Shown here piece by piece: positions 28,895 through 38,065 of a stretch of DNA of 64,000 bases (position 1 is the stretch's first letter; each line of letters begins with the position of its first letter). This DNA comes from an uncultured Oscillospiraceae bacterium (GTDB lineage: Bacteria > Bacillota > Clostridia > Peptostreptococcales > Anaerovoracaceae). The position numbers and the translations under genes were made by a program. Location of the stretch: positions 6,216 to 70,215 of the forward strand of contig CAYJGJ010000004.1 in NCBI GenBank assembly GCA_964370025.1. Direction: 5' to 3'. Below the pieces are notes generated by a model. That model had not been told where the DNA came from and ran no database searches. It saw only the letters and a program-made list of their open reading frames with translations.

Positions 28895-29464
28895 TTAGCT
28901 CTCATAGGTTTTTAGAATTCTTTCTGCAATTTCTAGCCGAGAAACTCGAGCATTCATTGACTTTTTTTCTATATACTTATGTGCTTCTTTTTCGTTCATA
29001 CTTAGATGAGAAATTAAGAGACATTTTGCTCTATCTATGGTTTTAATGTGTTCTATTTTCTGAGCTAATTTTACATTTTGCTTTTGTATTTTATTCAGTC
29101 TCGCAAAGGTAGCTTTTGCAAGTTTTAATGTTGTCCATATTACTTCCTTGTTAAGTGGTTTAGAAATGGTAAGAACTCCCAAGTCTTCAACCAAAGATGA
29201 CATATATTCATAAACATCACTTTTTACTACATAAATCACTTGGCAAGCATCGTAAGAAATGAGCTCTTTAACAAGGCTTTCTCCTGAATCTGTATATACA
29301 GGGCTATTGATTATGTATACGTCAAAGTTGTATTCGCTCGCCATTCTTCTTGCCTCTCCACAAGTTTTCGCTGTTTCAATTTTGCTGCAAGATATCTTTC
29401 GCAATAGTTTCATAATGCTTTCTAGATTTTGAGTCGAATATGATACTATTAAAGCACTTTCCAA
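28895..29464 (-). CDS. ANTAR-domain RNA-binding antiterminator with receiver-like N-terminal domain
   Basis: C-terminal IEHIKTIDRAKCLLISHLSMNEKEAHKYIEKKSMNARVSRLEIAERIL is the ANTAR three-helix signature. TTG start 8 nt after AAAGGTG. Lies immediately downstream of glnA. Confidence 0.8.
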   Translation of the reverse strand: MESALIVSYSTQNLESIMKLLRKISCSKIETAKTCGEARRMASEYNFDVYIINSPVYTDSGESLVKELISYDACQVIYVVKSDVYEYMSSLVEDLGVLTISKPLNKEVIWTTLKLAKATFARLNKIQKQNVKLAQKIEHIKTIDRAKCLLISHLSMNEKEAHKYIEKKSMNARVSRLEIAERILKTYES

Positions 29465-29540
29465 GAGATTCGCACCTTTCTACTATAGATTTTAGAAGTA
29501 ATTTTTTGAATTAATATAATTTCATTTTGGAGATGTTACT

Positions 29541-30809
29541 TTAGATTTTTGGACTTTCAAATATTTCTTTTTCTTTAATTTTAATATATTTCTCTATAAA
29601 CTCACTTCCTAGATGTTCACTTACAAAACTACTTTTTCGTGCAAGTTCAATAGCTTCATTTAAATTTTTAGGTAGTGAATTTAATTTTTTTTCAATAATT
29701 TCATCTGAAGATAATGATTTAATATTGATAGGATTTTCGAGCTCCAAATTGTTTTGAATTCCATGTAATCCCGCATGTAAAATTAGTGAAAAAGCAATGT
29801 ATGGGTTTAATGTTGGATCTGGAGACCTCAGTTCCATTCGTTCTCTTCCGTTAGTAGCAATTGGAATTCTTACAATTCCTGAGCGGTCTTTATCTGACCA
29901 TGTAATATATGTTGGGGCCTCAAAAGAGCCGAAGCGTTCATACGAGTTGTTGATTGGGTTCAAAAAAAGAGTGATTTCCGCAATTTTATCAATAATGCCA
30001 GCTATGAACATCTTTGCATATTTATAATTTTCACTAGTAGCATCAGAGAAAACATTTTGTCCATCTTTGTGAAGAGAAATATTTAGATGTAACCCGCTCC
30101 CACTTTTATCTTCAAGCGGCTTTGGTAGAAAGGATGCATACAATCCATTTCTAGAGGCAAAAGAATTGACAATGGTTTTAAATGTTAAAAAGTTATCGGC
30201 GGCAGAAAGTGGGTCACTAAATTTAAAATCTATTTCGTTTTGTCCGGGACCACGCTCATGGTATGAATTTTCAGGGTTTAGCCCCATTTCTTCAAGGCAT
30301 AAGCATATTTCTCGTCTAATGTTTTCTCCCTTATCGAGAGGTGATATGTCGAGGTATGTGCCATTATCTAATGGTTTATCTGTAGGCTCATCAATTTCAT
30401 CATTTTTAAAGAGATAAAATTCACATTTGGTTCCGATTTTACAGCTATATCCGAAACTACTCAAGTGTTTTATAGCTTTTTTAAGCATACTTCTGCCATC
30501 TCCTGCAAAAGAAGTGTTATCTGGATTCTTTATATCGCAGTAGAAGCGAAGCACAGCGTTTGTCTGTGGTCGCCATGGAAGCAAACTTAGACTTTCTATG
30601 TCTGGAAAAAGTAATAGATCAGAGTTGCTCATTTCTGAAAAGACGTTTATTGCGGATGAATCAATGGATCTTCCATCGGAAAAAGCATATTCCAATTCGG
30701 TTGCCATAACCGATATATTTTTAGAAATCCCAAATGGATCACAAAATCCAAGACGAATAAATTTGACATCATTTTCTTCGATGAATTCCGAAATTTCTTT
30801 ATTAATCAC
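29541..30809 (-). CDS. glnA: Glutamine synthetase, type I-like (short, 422 aa)
   Basis: N-terminal beta-grasp VKFIRLGFCDPFGISKN. NEIDFKF, GSGLHLNISL, MELRSPDPTLNPYIAFSLILHAGLHGI. GTG start 9 nt after GGAGGTG. Confidence 0.85.
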   Translation of the reverse strand: MINKEISEFIEENDVKFIRLGFCDPFGISKNISVMATELEYAFSDGRSIDSSAINVFSEMSNSDLLLFPDIESLSLLPWRPQTNAVLRFYCDIKNPDNTSFAGDGRSMLKKAIKHLSSFGYSCKIGTKCEFYLFKNDEIDEPTDKPLDNGTYLDISPLDKGENIRREICLCLEEMGLNPENSYHERGPGQNEIDFKFSDPLSAADNFLTFKTIVNSFASRNGLYASFLPKPLEDKSGSGLHLNISLHKDGQNVFSDATSENYKYAKMFIAGIIDKIAEITLFLNPINNSYERFGSFEAPTYITWSDKDRSGIVRIPIATNGRERMELRSPDPTLNPYIAFSLILHAGLHGIQNNLELENPINIKSLSSDEIIEKKLNSLPKNLNEAIELARKSSFVSEHLGSEFIEKYIKIKEKEIFESPKI

Positions 30810-30830
30810 TTTAAAAGCACCTCCAATACT

Positions 30831-30908
30831 AAAAAAGCGTTCATCAAACTAATAACATTCCCGCGAAGTCGGGACTGCTATTGAAGCAATTGATGAACGC
30901 CATTGTCC
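30831..30908 (-). promoter_or_regulatory. glnA 5' leader: hexaloop hairpin competing with an intrinsic terminator (ANTAR-type attenuator candidate)
   Basis: On the minus strand, GGAC-AATGGC-GTTC (30908-30895) overlaps the 5' arm of the stem GCGTTCATCAA/TTGATGAACGC (30900-30890 with 30847-30837). Apical CCCG-ACTTCG-CGGG hairpin, then U6 (30836-30831), then the RBS. Confidence 0.6.
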
Positions 30909-30914
30909 ATATTA

Positions 30915-30944
30915 TTTATACCAAAAAAATATGTGCTTTGTCAA
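30915..30944 (-). promoter_or_regulatory. Candidate sigma-A promoter for glnA (TTGACA-18 nt-TATAAA)
   Basis: On the minus strand, TTGACA at 30944-30939 and TATAAA at 30920-30915. The leader hairpin starts about 7 nt downstream. Confidence 0.5.
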
Positions 30945-30994
30945 TCGCTAATTAATTATTTTTGAAAAATATGATAAATTATTTTAAAAAAGTA

Positions 30995-31023
30995 TTGACA
31001 ATCAAAAAATAATATGACATATT
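30995..31023 (+). promoter_or_regulatory. Candidate promoter for the asnA array (TTGACA-17 nt-CATATT)
   Basis: Perfect -35 TTGACA at 30995-31000 and weak -10 CATATT at 31018-31023. Divergent to the glnA promoter. Confidence 0.4.
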
Positions 31024-31034
31024 TGCATGATAAA

Positions 31035-31079
31035 CAACAAAGGCGTTGTGGACCTGACGGTTCGCGACGCCTTTTTTTT
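31035..31079 (+). promoter_or_regulatory. asnA 5' leader: hexaloop hairpin competing with an intrinsic terminator (ANTAR-type attenuator candidate)
   Basis: CAAC-AAAGGC-GTTG (31035-31048) overlaps the 5' arm of the 13-bp stem GGCGTTGTGGACC-TGAC-GGTTCGCGACGCC (31042-31071). T8 follows at 31072-31079, 28 nt before the asnA ATG. Confidence 0.6.
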
Positions 31080-31107
31080 ATTAATTCATAAGATAGGAGT
31101 GAAATTT

Positions 31108-32112
31108 ATGAGTAAAATGATGAAAATATGTCGAAATGAAAAAACATTATCTACATATCAAACACAAATGGCAATAGGCAGAGTAAAGAGAGTATTCGAG
31201 GATAATTTAAGCCAAAATTTAAATTTAAAAAGAGTTTCAGCTCCGCTGTTTTTAACTGCATCCACGGGTCTAAACGATGATCTTAATGGGATAGAACGTC
31301 CAGTTTCATTCGATATTGCAGAAACAAAAACAGATGCAGTTGTTGTACACTCACTCGCAAAATGGAAACGATATGCTCTTTTTAAATATAATTTTCCTGT
31401 TGGAGAAGGTTTGTATACAGATATGAATGCCATACGACGGGATGAAGAGATGGATAATTTGCATTCTATTTATGTTGACCAATGGGATTGGGAAAAGGTA
31501 ATAGATGAAAAAACTAGAAATAATGAAACTCTAAAAGAGACAGTTAATCAGATTGTATCTGCAATTTGTGATACGCATGACATTATCAACAAGGAATACG
31601 GTCTACCTCCAAGGATTTCAAGAGAAGTGAGTTTCATAACTACTTATGAACTTGAGGAAATGTATCCGGAACTTTCTCCTAAAGAGCGTGAAAATGAATA
31701 TTTAAAGGAGCATAGGACAGCTTTCATTATGCAAATAGGTGATTTTTTAAAGTCGGGACAGAAACATGATGGAAGAGCGCCGGATTACGATGATTGGGCT
31801 CTGAATGGGGATATTCTATTCTGGAGTGATATTTTAGATCGTGCATTTGAAGTTTCATCTATGGGTATTAGAGTGAGTCCTAAATCTTTAGACGAACAAT
31901 TAACTAAAGCAGGCGCAGACGAGCGAAGAACATTAGATTTTCACAAAATGCTGCTCGAAGGGAAATTACCCCTTACTATAGGTGGAGGTATTGGACAGTC
32001 TAGACTTTGTATGTTGCTTCTGGGAAAGGCTCACATAGGAGAAGTTCAAGTTTCTATATGGGATCAAGAAACGATAGATAAGTGTGCGGAATTAGGTCTA
32101 GAATTGTTATAA
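31108..32112 (+). CDS. asnA: Aspartate--ammonia ligase (asparagine synthetase A)
   Basis: Collinear with E. coli AsnA: VVHSLAKWKR, HSIYVDQWDWEKV, RAPDYDDW, LNGDILFW, ELSSMGIRV, IGGGIGQSRLCMLLL. ATG 31108 follows TAGGAG. The ORF-track start 31027 would translate the leader terminator. Confidence 0.9.
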   Translation: MSKMMKICRNEKTLSTYQTQMAIGRVKRVFEDNLSQNLNLKRVSAPLFLTASTGLNDDLNGIERPVSFDIAETKTDAVVVHSLAKWKRYALFKYNFPVGEGLYTDMNAIRRDEEMDNLHSIYVDQWDWEKVIDEKTRNNETLKETVNQIVSAICDTHDIINKEYGLPPRISREVSFITTYELEEMYPELSPKERENEYLKEHRTAFIMQIGDFLKSGQKHDGRAPDYDDWALNGDILFWSDILDRAFEVSSMGIRVSPKSLDEQLTKAGADERRTLDFHKMLLEGKLPLTIGGGIGQSRLCMLLLGKAHIGEVQVSIWDQETIDKCAELGLELL

Positions 32113-32124
32113 GGAGGAGAGAAA

Positions 32125-34212
32125 ATGAGCTATGTTCCAAAATTGTTCGCAAGCAAAGTATTCAATGATGAGGTGATGCGTGACAGATTGCCTAAAGATA
32201 TATATAAAGCTCTGAAGGAAACGATCGAATTAGGGTTGTATTTGCAGCTCGATGTCGCAAATGTAGTTGCTACAGCTATGAAGGATTGGGCCGTGGAAAA
32301 AGGCGTAACGCACTTTACTCACTGGTTCCAACCTATGACGGGGATTACAGCGGAAAAGCATGACAGTTTTATTTCCCCTATTGCGGGTGGAAATATAATA
32401 ATGGAATTTTCCGGAAAAGAGCTTGTAAGGGGGGAGCCGGATGCGTCTTCTTTTCCAAGTGGTGGGATAAGAAGTACCTTTGAAGCTAGAGGATATACCG
32501 TATGGGATACAACCTCATATGCGTTTATAAAAGATGATGTGTTGTGTATACCGACAGCTTTTTGTTCGTATTCTGGCGAAGCACTCGACAAAAAAACACC
32601 TCTCTTACGCTCAATGGAGGCACTGAGCAAACAATCATTGCGAATTTTAAAATTGTTTGATAACACGACGGCAAAACGCGTGAATTCTACGGTTGGACCG
32701 GAACAAGAGTATTTTTTAGTAGATAAGAGTGTTTTTTTGAAACGTCCAGATCTTATGTACTGTGGAAGAACTTTGTTCGGGGCAAAACCTCCCAAAGGAC
32801 AAGAGCTGGAAGATCATTATTTCGGTGCAATCAAGCCTCGTGTTTCGGCTTTTATGAAAGAGTTAGATGAAAAATTATGGGAACTTGGAATCATGGCGAA
32901 GACGAAACATAACGAAGTTGCGCCTGCACAACACGAGTTAGCACCAATTTTCGAAACAACTAATATTGCTACAGATCATAATCAACTCACTATGGAATTA
33001 ATGAAAAGCATAGCTGATAAACATGATCTCGCATGCTTGCTTCATGAAAAGCCATTCGCGGGGGTAAATGGTTCTGGAAAACACAATAATTGGTCCTTAT
33101 CTACAGATACAGGTATAAACTTATTAGAACCAGGTGAAACTCCTTATGATAATGCACAATTTGTATTGTTTTTGGTAGCTGTTATTAAAGCGGTTGATAA
33201 ATATCAAGATCTTTTACGAGTATCTGTTGCAAACTCAGGAAATGATCATCGATTAGGTGGGAATGAGGCTCCACCGGCAATTGTTTCAATGTTTTTGGGA
33301 GACGAGTTAACACAAATCTTGCAGTCACTTGAAAACAATGAAGAGTACAAAGGTGTAAATAAGTCTAAAATGAAATTAGGTGCAGTAGTACTTCCTAATT
33401 TTCCCAAAGACACTACAGATAGAAATCGCACATCTCCTTTTGCTTTCACAGGCAATAAATTTGAGTTTCGCATGCTAGGATCCACTTTTTCAATTTCTGG
33501 TCCAAACATCGTATTAAACACGATAGTTGCGGAAGTTTTGAGTGAATTTGCCGATATATTAGAGAGTGCGGATGATTTCAAAGTATCTCTAGGGGAACTT
33601 GTTAGAAATACAATAAAGAATCACAAGAGAATTATCTTTAATGGAAACAATTATTCTGAGGAATGGGTTGACGAAGCTAATAAAAGGGGACTATTAAACT
33701 TAAAAACAACTGTCGATGCACTTCCGGAATTTGTGAATAAAAAAAATATTGAACTTTTTGTTAAGCATAATGTATTTACAGCAAATGAAGTTCATTCTCG
33801 ATACGAAATAATGATGGAAAATTACCATAAAACAGTTCATATAGAGGCCCTGACTTTCATAGAAATTGTAAAAAAACATTTTACACAGTCGACGATGAGT
33901 TTCCAAAAGGAATTGCTTGACGTTGCTATCAATAAAAAGATGTTCGAGATTGATTCAAGTTTAGAGGAGAGAATAATACAAAAATGCACATATCTAATTA
34001 AGGAAACATATAGAAATGTCGAAACATTAGAGAATAGATTAATAGCAACAAAAGAGATAAACGATACTCTAGAACTTGGAATTTATTATAGGGACAGCAT
34101 TTACTCATTAATGATTGAAACAAGAGTAATGATCGATGAATTGGAAACAATTATTCCTTCTGAATACCAAACGTTACCAAGTTATAGTGAGATACTTTAT
34201 AGCGCAAACTAA
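32125..34212 (+). CDS. glnN: Glutamine synthetase type III
   Basis: 695 aa with the GS-III N-terminal domain ([23 protein letters not shown]). Catalytic region [31 protein letters not shown]. Confidence 0.9.
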   Translation: MSYVPKLFASKVFNDEVMRDRLPKDIYKALKETIELGLYLQLDVANVVATAMKDWAVEKGVTHFTHWFQPMTGITAEKHDSFISPIAGGNIIMEFSGKELVRGEPDASSFPSGGIRSTFEARGYTVWDTTSYAFIKDDVLCIPTAFCSYSGEALDKKTPLLRSMEALSKQSLRILKLFDNTTAKRVNSTVGPEQEYFLVDKSVFLKRPDLMYCGRTLFGAKPPKGQELEDHYFGAIKPRVSAFMKELDEKLWELGIMAKTKHNEVAPAQHELAPIFETTNIATDHNQLTMELMKSIADKHDLACLLHEKPFAGVNGSGKHNNWSLSTDTGINLLEPGETPYDNAQFVLFLVAVIKAVDKYQDLLRVSVANSGNDHRLGGNEAPPAIVSMFLGDELTQILQSLENNEEYKGVNKSKMKLGAVVLPNFPKDTTDRNRTSPFAFTGNKFEFRMLGSTFSISGPNIVLNTIVAEVLSEFADILESADDFKVSLGELVRNTIKNHKRIIFNGNNYSEEWVDEANKRGLLNLKTTVDALPEFVNKKNIELFVKHNVFTANEVHSRYEIMMENYHKTVHIEALTFIEIVKKHFTQSTMSFQKELLDVAINKKMFEIDSSLEERIIQKCTYLIKETYRNVETLENRLIATKEINDTLELGIYYRDSIYSLMIETRVMIDELETIIPSEYQTLPSYSEILYSAN

Positions 34213-34276
34213 AAATATATTGTATTATATGTATATGATTTATTAAAAGATAGTGCTTTTTAAAGGAGTATTGAGA

Positions 34277-35686
34277 ATGAACGACAAGTTAAATGAAGAA
34301 TGCGCAATTTTTTCCGTTAGTGTAGATGAAAAAGAAGCTGTAGGTATTACTTACAATGCATTACTTGCTTTACAGCACCGAGGTCAAGAGGGCGCAGGAA
34401 TAGCTGCGATAGATGGTAACAAAATAATTTGTCATAAAAACGTGGGGCTAGTCTCGGAAGTATTTTCTGCGGATATGCTTTCGGGTATGCCCAAAAGTTA
34501 CGTTGCTGTTGGGCATAATCGTTATTCCACAACAGGCACGAATGTTAAAGAAAATGTAGGTCCTTTTGTTACAGAATTCCTTACAGGGCGTATTGCAACA
34601 GCTCATAATGGTAATATCATTAATGCCAAAGAAATTAAGGAAGAATTAATCAATCATGGACTTAATTTTCATGCCACAAGTGATAGCGAAGTCATTTCTT
34701 CTTTAATTGGATATCACATCATGAAGTGTGGAGATGCTTTTGAAGGGATTTCTGAGGCAACAAAGAAGCTAAAAGGTGCATTTTCACTAATAGTTTTAAA
34801 TAGTAAGAATGTAATTACAGCAGTACGTGATGCTAACGGATATAGACCACTTTGCATTGGTAAAAATGAGCATGGAATGGCGGTCGCCTCTGAAAGCTGC
34901 GGGCTTGAAGCTTGCGGTTTTCAGTTCGTTAGAGATGTGAAACCAGGTGAAATTGTTGTAATCGAAAAAGGCAAAATTATTCATGAGGAAATTGTGTTGA
35001 CACAAAGGAGTGAGCATTGCGGTCTATGTATTTTCGAATACGTGTATTTTGCTCGTCCAGATTCAACTATCGATAATCTTAATGTATATGAAGCAAGGGT
35101 AAACATGGGGAAAATTCTTGCGGAAGAATACCCTGTTAATGCGGATATCGTATGTGGTGTTCCCGATAGCGGCTTAGAGGCTGCTATCGGATATAGTGAG
35201 CATAGTGGGTTGGAATTAAAGCAGGGATTTGTCAAGAATAGATATATTGGCAGAAGTTTTATATACCCTACGCAAAGCCAGCGAGAAAATGCTGTAAGGC
35301 TTAAGCTTAATCCACTGGTAGCAAATCTCAAAGGAAAACGTGTAGTACTCGTCGATGATTCAATTGTACGTGGAACAACTAGCGCAAAGATAATTAAGGC
35401 ATTAAAAATGGCAGGAGCCAAAGAAGTCCACATGAGAATTTCTTCGCCTCCTTTTCTCTACACTTGTCACTTCGGTACCGACATTGATAGCGAAGAAAAT
35501 CTAATTGCCAACAAAATGAGTTTAGATGAAATAAGAAAAAAAATAGATGCTGATAGTTTGGGATATATAAGTGTAAAAGGACTTAAAACAGCATGCAATA
35601 AATCAGGAATGAAATTCTGTACAAATTGTTTTACAGGTGATGGAATGGAATCTCAAATATCTAAGTTTGACTTGGAAGCAAAATAA
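34277..35686 (+). CDS. purF: Amidophosphoribosyltransferase
   Basis: Ntn nucleophile context NEECAIFSV, LQHRGQEGAGIA, PRTase loop VVLVDDSIVRGTTS, C-terminal Cys ligands. AAAGGAG lies before ATG 34277. Confidence 0.92.
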   Translation: MNDKLNEECAIFSVSVDEKEAVGITYNALLALQHRGQEGAGIAAIDGNKIICHKNVGLVSEVFSADMLSGMPKSYVAVGHNRYSTTGTNVKENVGPFVTEFLTGRIATAHNGNIINAKEIKEELINHGLNFHATSDSEVISSLIGYHIMKCGDAFEGISEATKKLKGAFSLIVLNSKNVITAVRDANGYRPLCIGKNEHGMAVASESCGLEACGFQFVRDVKPGEIVVIEKGKIIHEEIVLTQRSEHCGLCIFEYVYFARPDSTIDNLNVYEARVNMGKILAEEYPVNADIVCGVPDSGLEAAIGYSEHSGLELKQGFVKNRYIGRSFIYPTQSQRENAVRLKLNPLVANLKGKRVVLVDDSIVRGTTSAKIIKALKMAGAKEVHMRISSPPFLYTCHFGTDIDSEENLIANKMSLDEIRKKIDADSLGYISVKGLKTACNKSGMKFCTNCFTGDGMESQISKFDLEAK

Positions 35687-35731
35687 ATATAACTGGCAAT
35701 AATTCATACTTAAGTATAAAGGAGTAATAGT

Positions 35732-37333
35732 ATGAAAAAATATATTTTCGTAACAGGAGGTGTTATCTCTGGGCTGGGGAAGGGAATCACTGCAGCTTCA
35801 CTAGGCAGATTGCTAAAGCAAAGGGGATTACGAGTAACAGCGCAAAAACTTGATCCATATATCAATATAGATCCTGGGACAATGAACCCACTCCAACATG
35901 GTGAGGTTTTTGTGACTGATGATGGTGCCGAAACAGATCTTGACTTGGGACATTACGAAAGATTTATCGACGAAAACTTGACAAAACTCTCTAATTTAAC
36001 ATCTGGTAGGGTATATTGGAACGTATTAAACCGTGAGCGCGAAGGGCATTATCTCGGACAGACAGTCCAAGTAATTCCACATATTACTGGAGAAATCAAG
36101 GATTTTATTTACGCTGGAGCTCGCAACAGCGACTGCGACATACTTATATCAGAAATTGGTGGAACTACAGGAGATATAGAAAGTGGTCCGTTTATAGAAG
36201 CTATACGTCAAATTTCACTTGAGGTAGGGAGCGAAAACTGTATTTTTATCCATGTTACTCTAGTTCCATATCTTAAAGGATCCAAAGAACACAAATCTAA
36301 GCCGACACAGCATTCAGTTAAGGAATTGCGGTCGATGGGAATATCGCCGAATATTATCGTAGCAAGGGCGGATGAACACTTAAGCGAGGATATCCTTAAG
36401 AAAATTTCACTATTTTGCAATGTAAAAGAAGATTGCGTCATAGAAAACACAACTCTAAATGGTTTATATGAAGCACCTATAATGTTGCATGAAAACGGGT
36501 TAGATGAAGTAGTTTGCCGCGAACTAGGACTTAAATTGCCCGAGGCTGACTTGATAGAATGGCGCGAAATGACAAAAAAAATAAATAATAGAAATAGTGA
36601 AAAGAAAATAGGCATAGTTGGGAAATATGTAGATCTTCACGATGCCTATCTGTCTATTATAGAAAGCCTTAATCATGCCGGATACGAGACGGGAGTAAAT
36701 GTTAATATTAAGTGGATCGATAGTGAAACTGTCAATGAAGATAGCGAAAATGAGCTATTCAGTGACTTAGATGGAATGATAATTCCAGGCGGTTTTGGCG
36801 ATAGAGGTATTGAGGGAAAAGTTACTGCTTGCAAATATGCGAGAGAAAATAATCTTCCATTTCTCGGAATTTGTTTAGGAATGCAAATTGCCGCGATTGA
36901 GTTTGCGAGGAATATTTGTGGCATTAAAGATGCAAATTCAGAAGAATTCGATTCGAATTCAAAACATAAAGTCATTGATTATATTCCTGAACAATTGAAA
37001 ATAACACAAAAAGGGGGAACGATGCGATTGGGGGCATATCCTTGTTTCGTAAAAAAAGGTAGCTTGTTAAATAATTTATATAATAGTGATAAAATTACCG
37101 AAAGACACCGTCACCGATTTGAATTTAATAATGAGTACAGAGAAATGATGTTAGAAAACGGTCTTGTTTTTTCTGGCGTATCCCCTGATGGAACACTAGT
37201 AGAAGCAATAGAAATTCCAGAGAATAAATTCTTTGTAGGAGTCCAATTTCATCCTGAATTTAAAAGTCGGCCTAACAAGCCGCATCCATTGTTTGTAGGG
37301 TTACTAAACTCAACGATAAATCAAGAAAGGTAG
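35732..37333 (+). CDS. pyrG: CTP synthase
   Basis: [32 protein letters not shown], GATase GICLGMQ and HPEF. Confidence 0.95.
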   Translation: MKKYIFVTGGVISGLGKGITAASLGRLLKQRGLRVTAQKLDPYINIDPGTMNPLQHGEVFVTDDGAETDLDLGHYERFIDENLTKLSNLTSGRVYWNVLNREREGHYLGQTVQVIPHITGEIKDFIYAGARNSDCDILISEIGGTTGDIESGPFIEAIRQISLEVGSENCIFIHVTLVPYLKGSKEHKSKPTQHSVKELRSMGISPNIIVARADEHLSEDILKKISLFCNVKEDCVIENTTLNGLYEAPIMLHENGLDEVVCRELGLKLPEADLIEWREMTKKINNRNSEKKIGIVGKYVDLHDAYLSIIESLNHAGYETGVNVNIKWIDSETVNEDSENELFSDLDGMIIPGGFGDRGIEGKVTACKYARENNLPFLGICLGMQIAAIEFARNICGIKDANSEEFDSNSKHKVIDYIPEQLKITQKGGTMRLGAYPCFVKKGSLLNNLYNSDKITERHRHRFEFNNEYREMMLENGLVFSGVSPDGTLVEAIEIPENKFFVGVQFHPEFKSRPNKPHPLFVGLLNSTINQER

Positions 37334-37341
37334 CGTATAAT

Positions 37342-38055
37342 ATGGAAAAAAGAGAGATAATGTACGAGGGAAAAGCTAAAAAGGTTTTTTCTACAGATGA
37401 ATCTGAATATTGCATTGTATCGTATAAAGACGATGCTACAGCATTTAATGGCGAAAAAAAGGGGACAATTGTAGGGAAAGGCGAAGTAAATAATAGGATG
37501 TCAAATTTTATGTTTGCGAAGCTCGAAAAAAAGGGAATAAAAACACATTTTGTGAAGGAGCTTGATGCAAGAAATACCGTTGTTAAAAAAGTCGATATTA
37601 TTCCTTTGGAGGTAATCGTAAGGAATATAGCGGCAGGAAGTCTAGCTACTAGGCTTGGTATTCCAGAAGGTACAATTATGAAGGAAACGGTTTTAGAGTT
37701 TTGCTATAAAAATGACGAATTGGGGGACCCTATGGTCAACGAGTATCATATTTTAGCTTCGGAGTTCGCAACAAAAGAAGAAATTGATATTATCTCTGAT
37801 ATGAGCATGAAAGCAAATGACATAATGCTTAAATACTTTAAGACTGTCAATATAGATTTAATAGATTTTAAACTCGAATTTGGGAAGACGAGCAAAGGAG
37901 ATGTGATTTTAGCCGATGAAATATCCCCAGATACATGTAGATTTTGGGATAGTGATACAGGAGAAAAACTTGATAAGGATAGATTTAGACGTGATATGGG
38001 TGGAGTTGAGGAAGCATATGCCGAAATGATGAAAAGACTTGGAATCGATAAGTAA
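37342..38055 (+). CDS. purC: Phosphoribosylaminoimidazole-succinocarboxamide (SAICAR) synthase
   Basis: [35 protein letters not shown]. Length 237 aa. Confidence 0.93.
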   Translation: MEKREIMYEGKAKKVFSTDESEYCIVSYKDDATAFNGEKKGTIVGKGEVNNRMSNFMFAKLEKKGIKTHFVKELDARNTVVKKVDIIPLEVIVRNIAAGSLATRLGIPEGTIMKETVLEFCYKNDELGDPMVNEYHILASEFATKEEIDIISDMSMKANDIMLKYFKTVNIDLIDFKLEFGKTSKGDVILADEISPDTCRFWDSDTGEKLDKDRFRRDMGGVEEAYAEMMKRLGIDK

Positions 38056-38065
38056 GGAGTATAAT

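Noticed and set aside
30955-30975. CodY-box-like palindrome TATTTTTGAAAAATA between the divergent glnA and asnA promoters
   Set aside because: The best alignment to AATTTTCWGAAAATT has about five mismatches. Such AT-rich near-palindromes are common in this genome. It is noted only as a possible extra layer.
31027-31107. ORF-track start of asnA at 31027 (27 extra N-terminal residues)
   Set aside because: The extension would translate the promoter-proximal hairpin and the T8 terminator. Homology to E. coli AsnA begins near ATG 31108, which has a TAGGAG RBS.
30810-31107. Bacillus-type GlnR/TnrA operator (TGTNA-N7-TNACA) or glutamine riboswitch in the glnA/asnA control region
   Set aside because: I read both strands and found no TGTNA-N7-TNACA match. 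The leaders are too short and lack the glnA-RNA (glutamine riboswitch) core. The hairpin/terminator architecture fits protein-mediated antitermination better.
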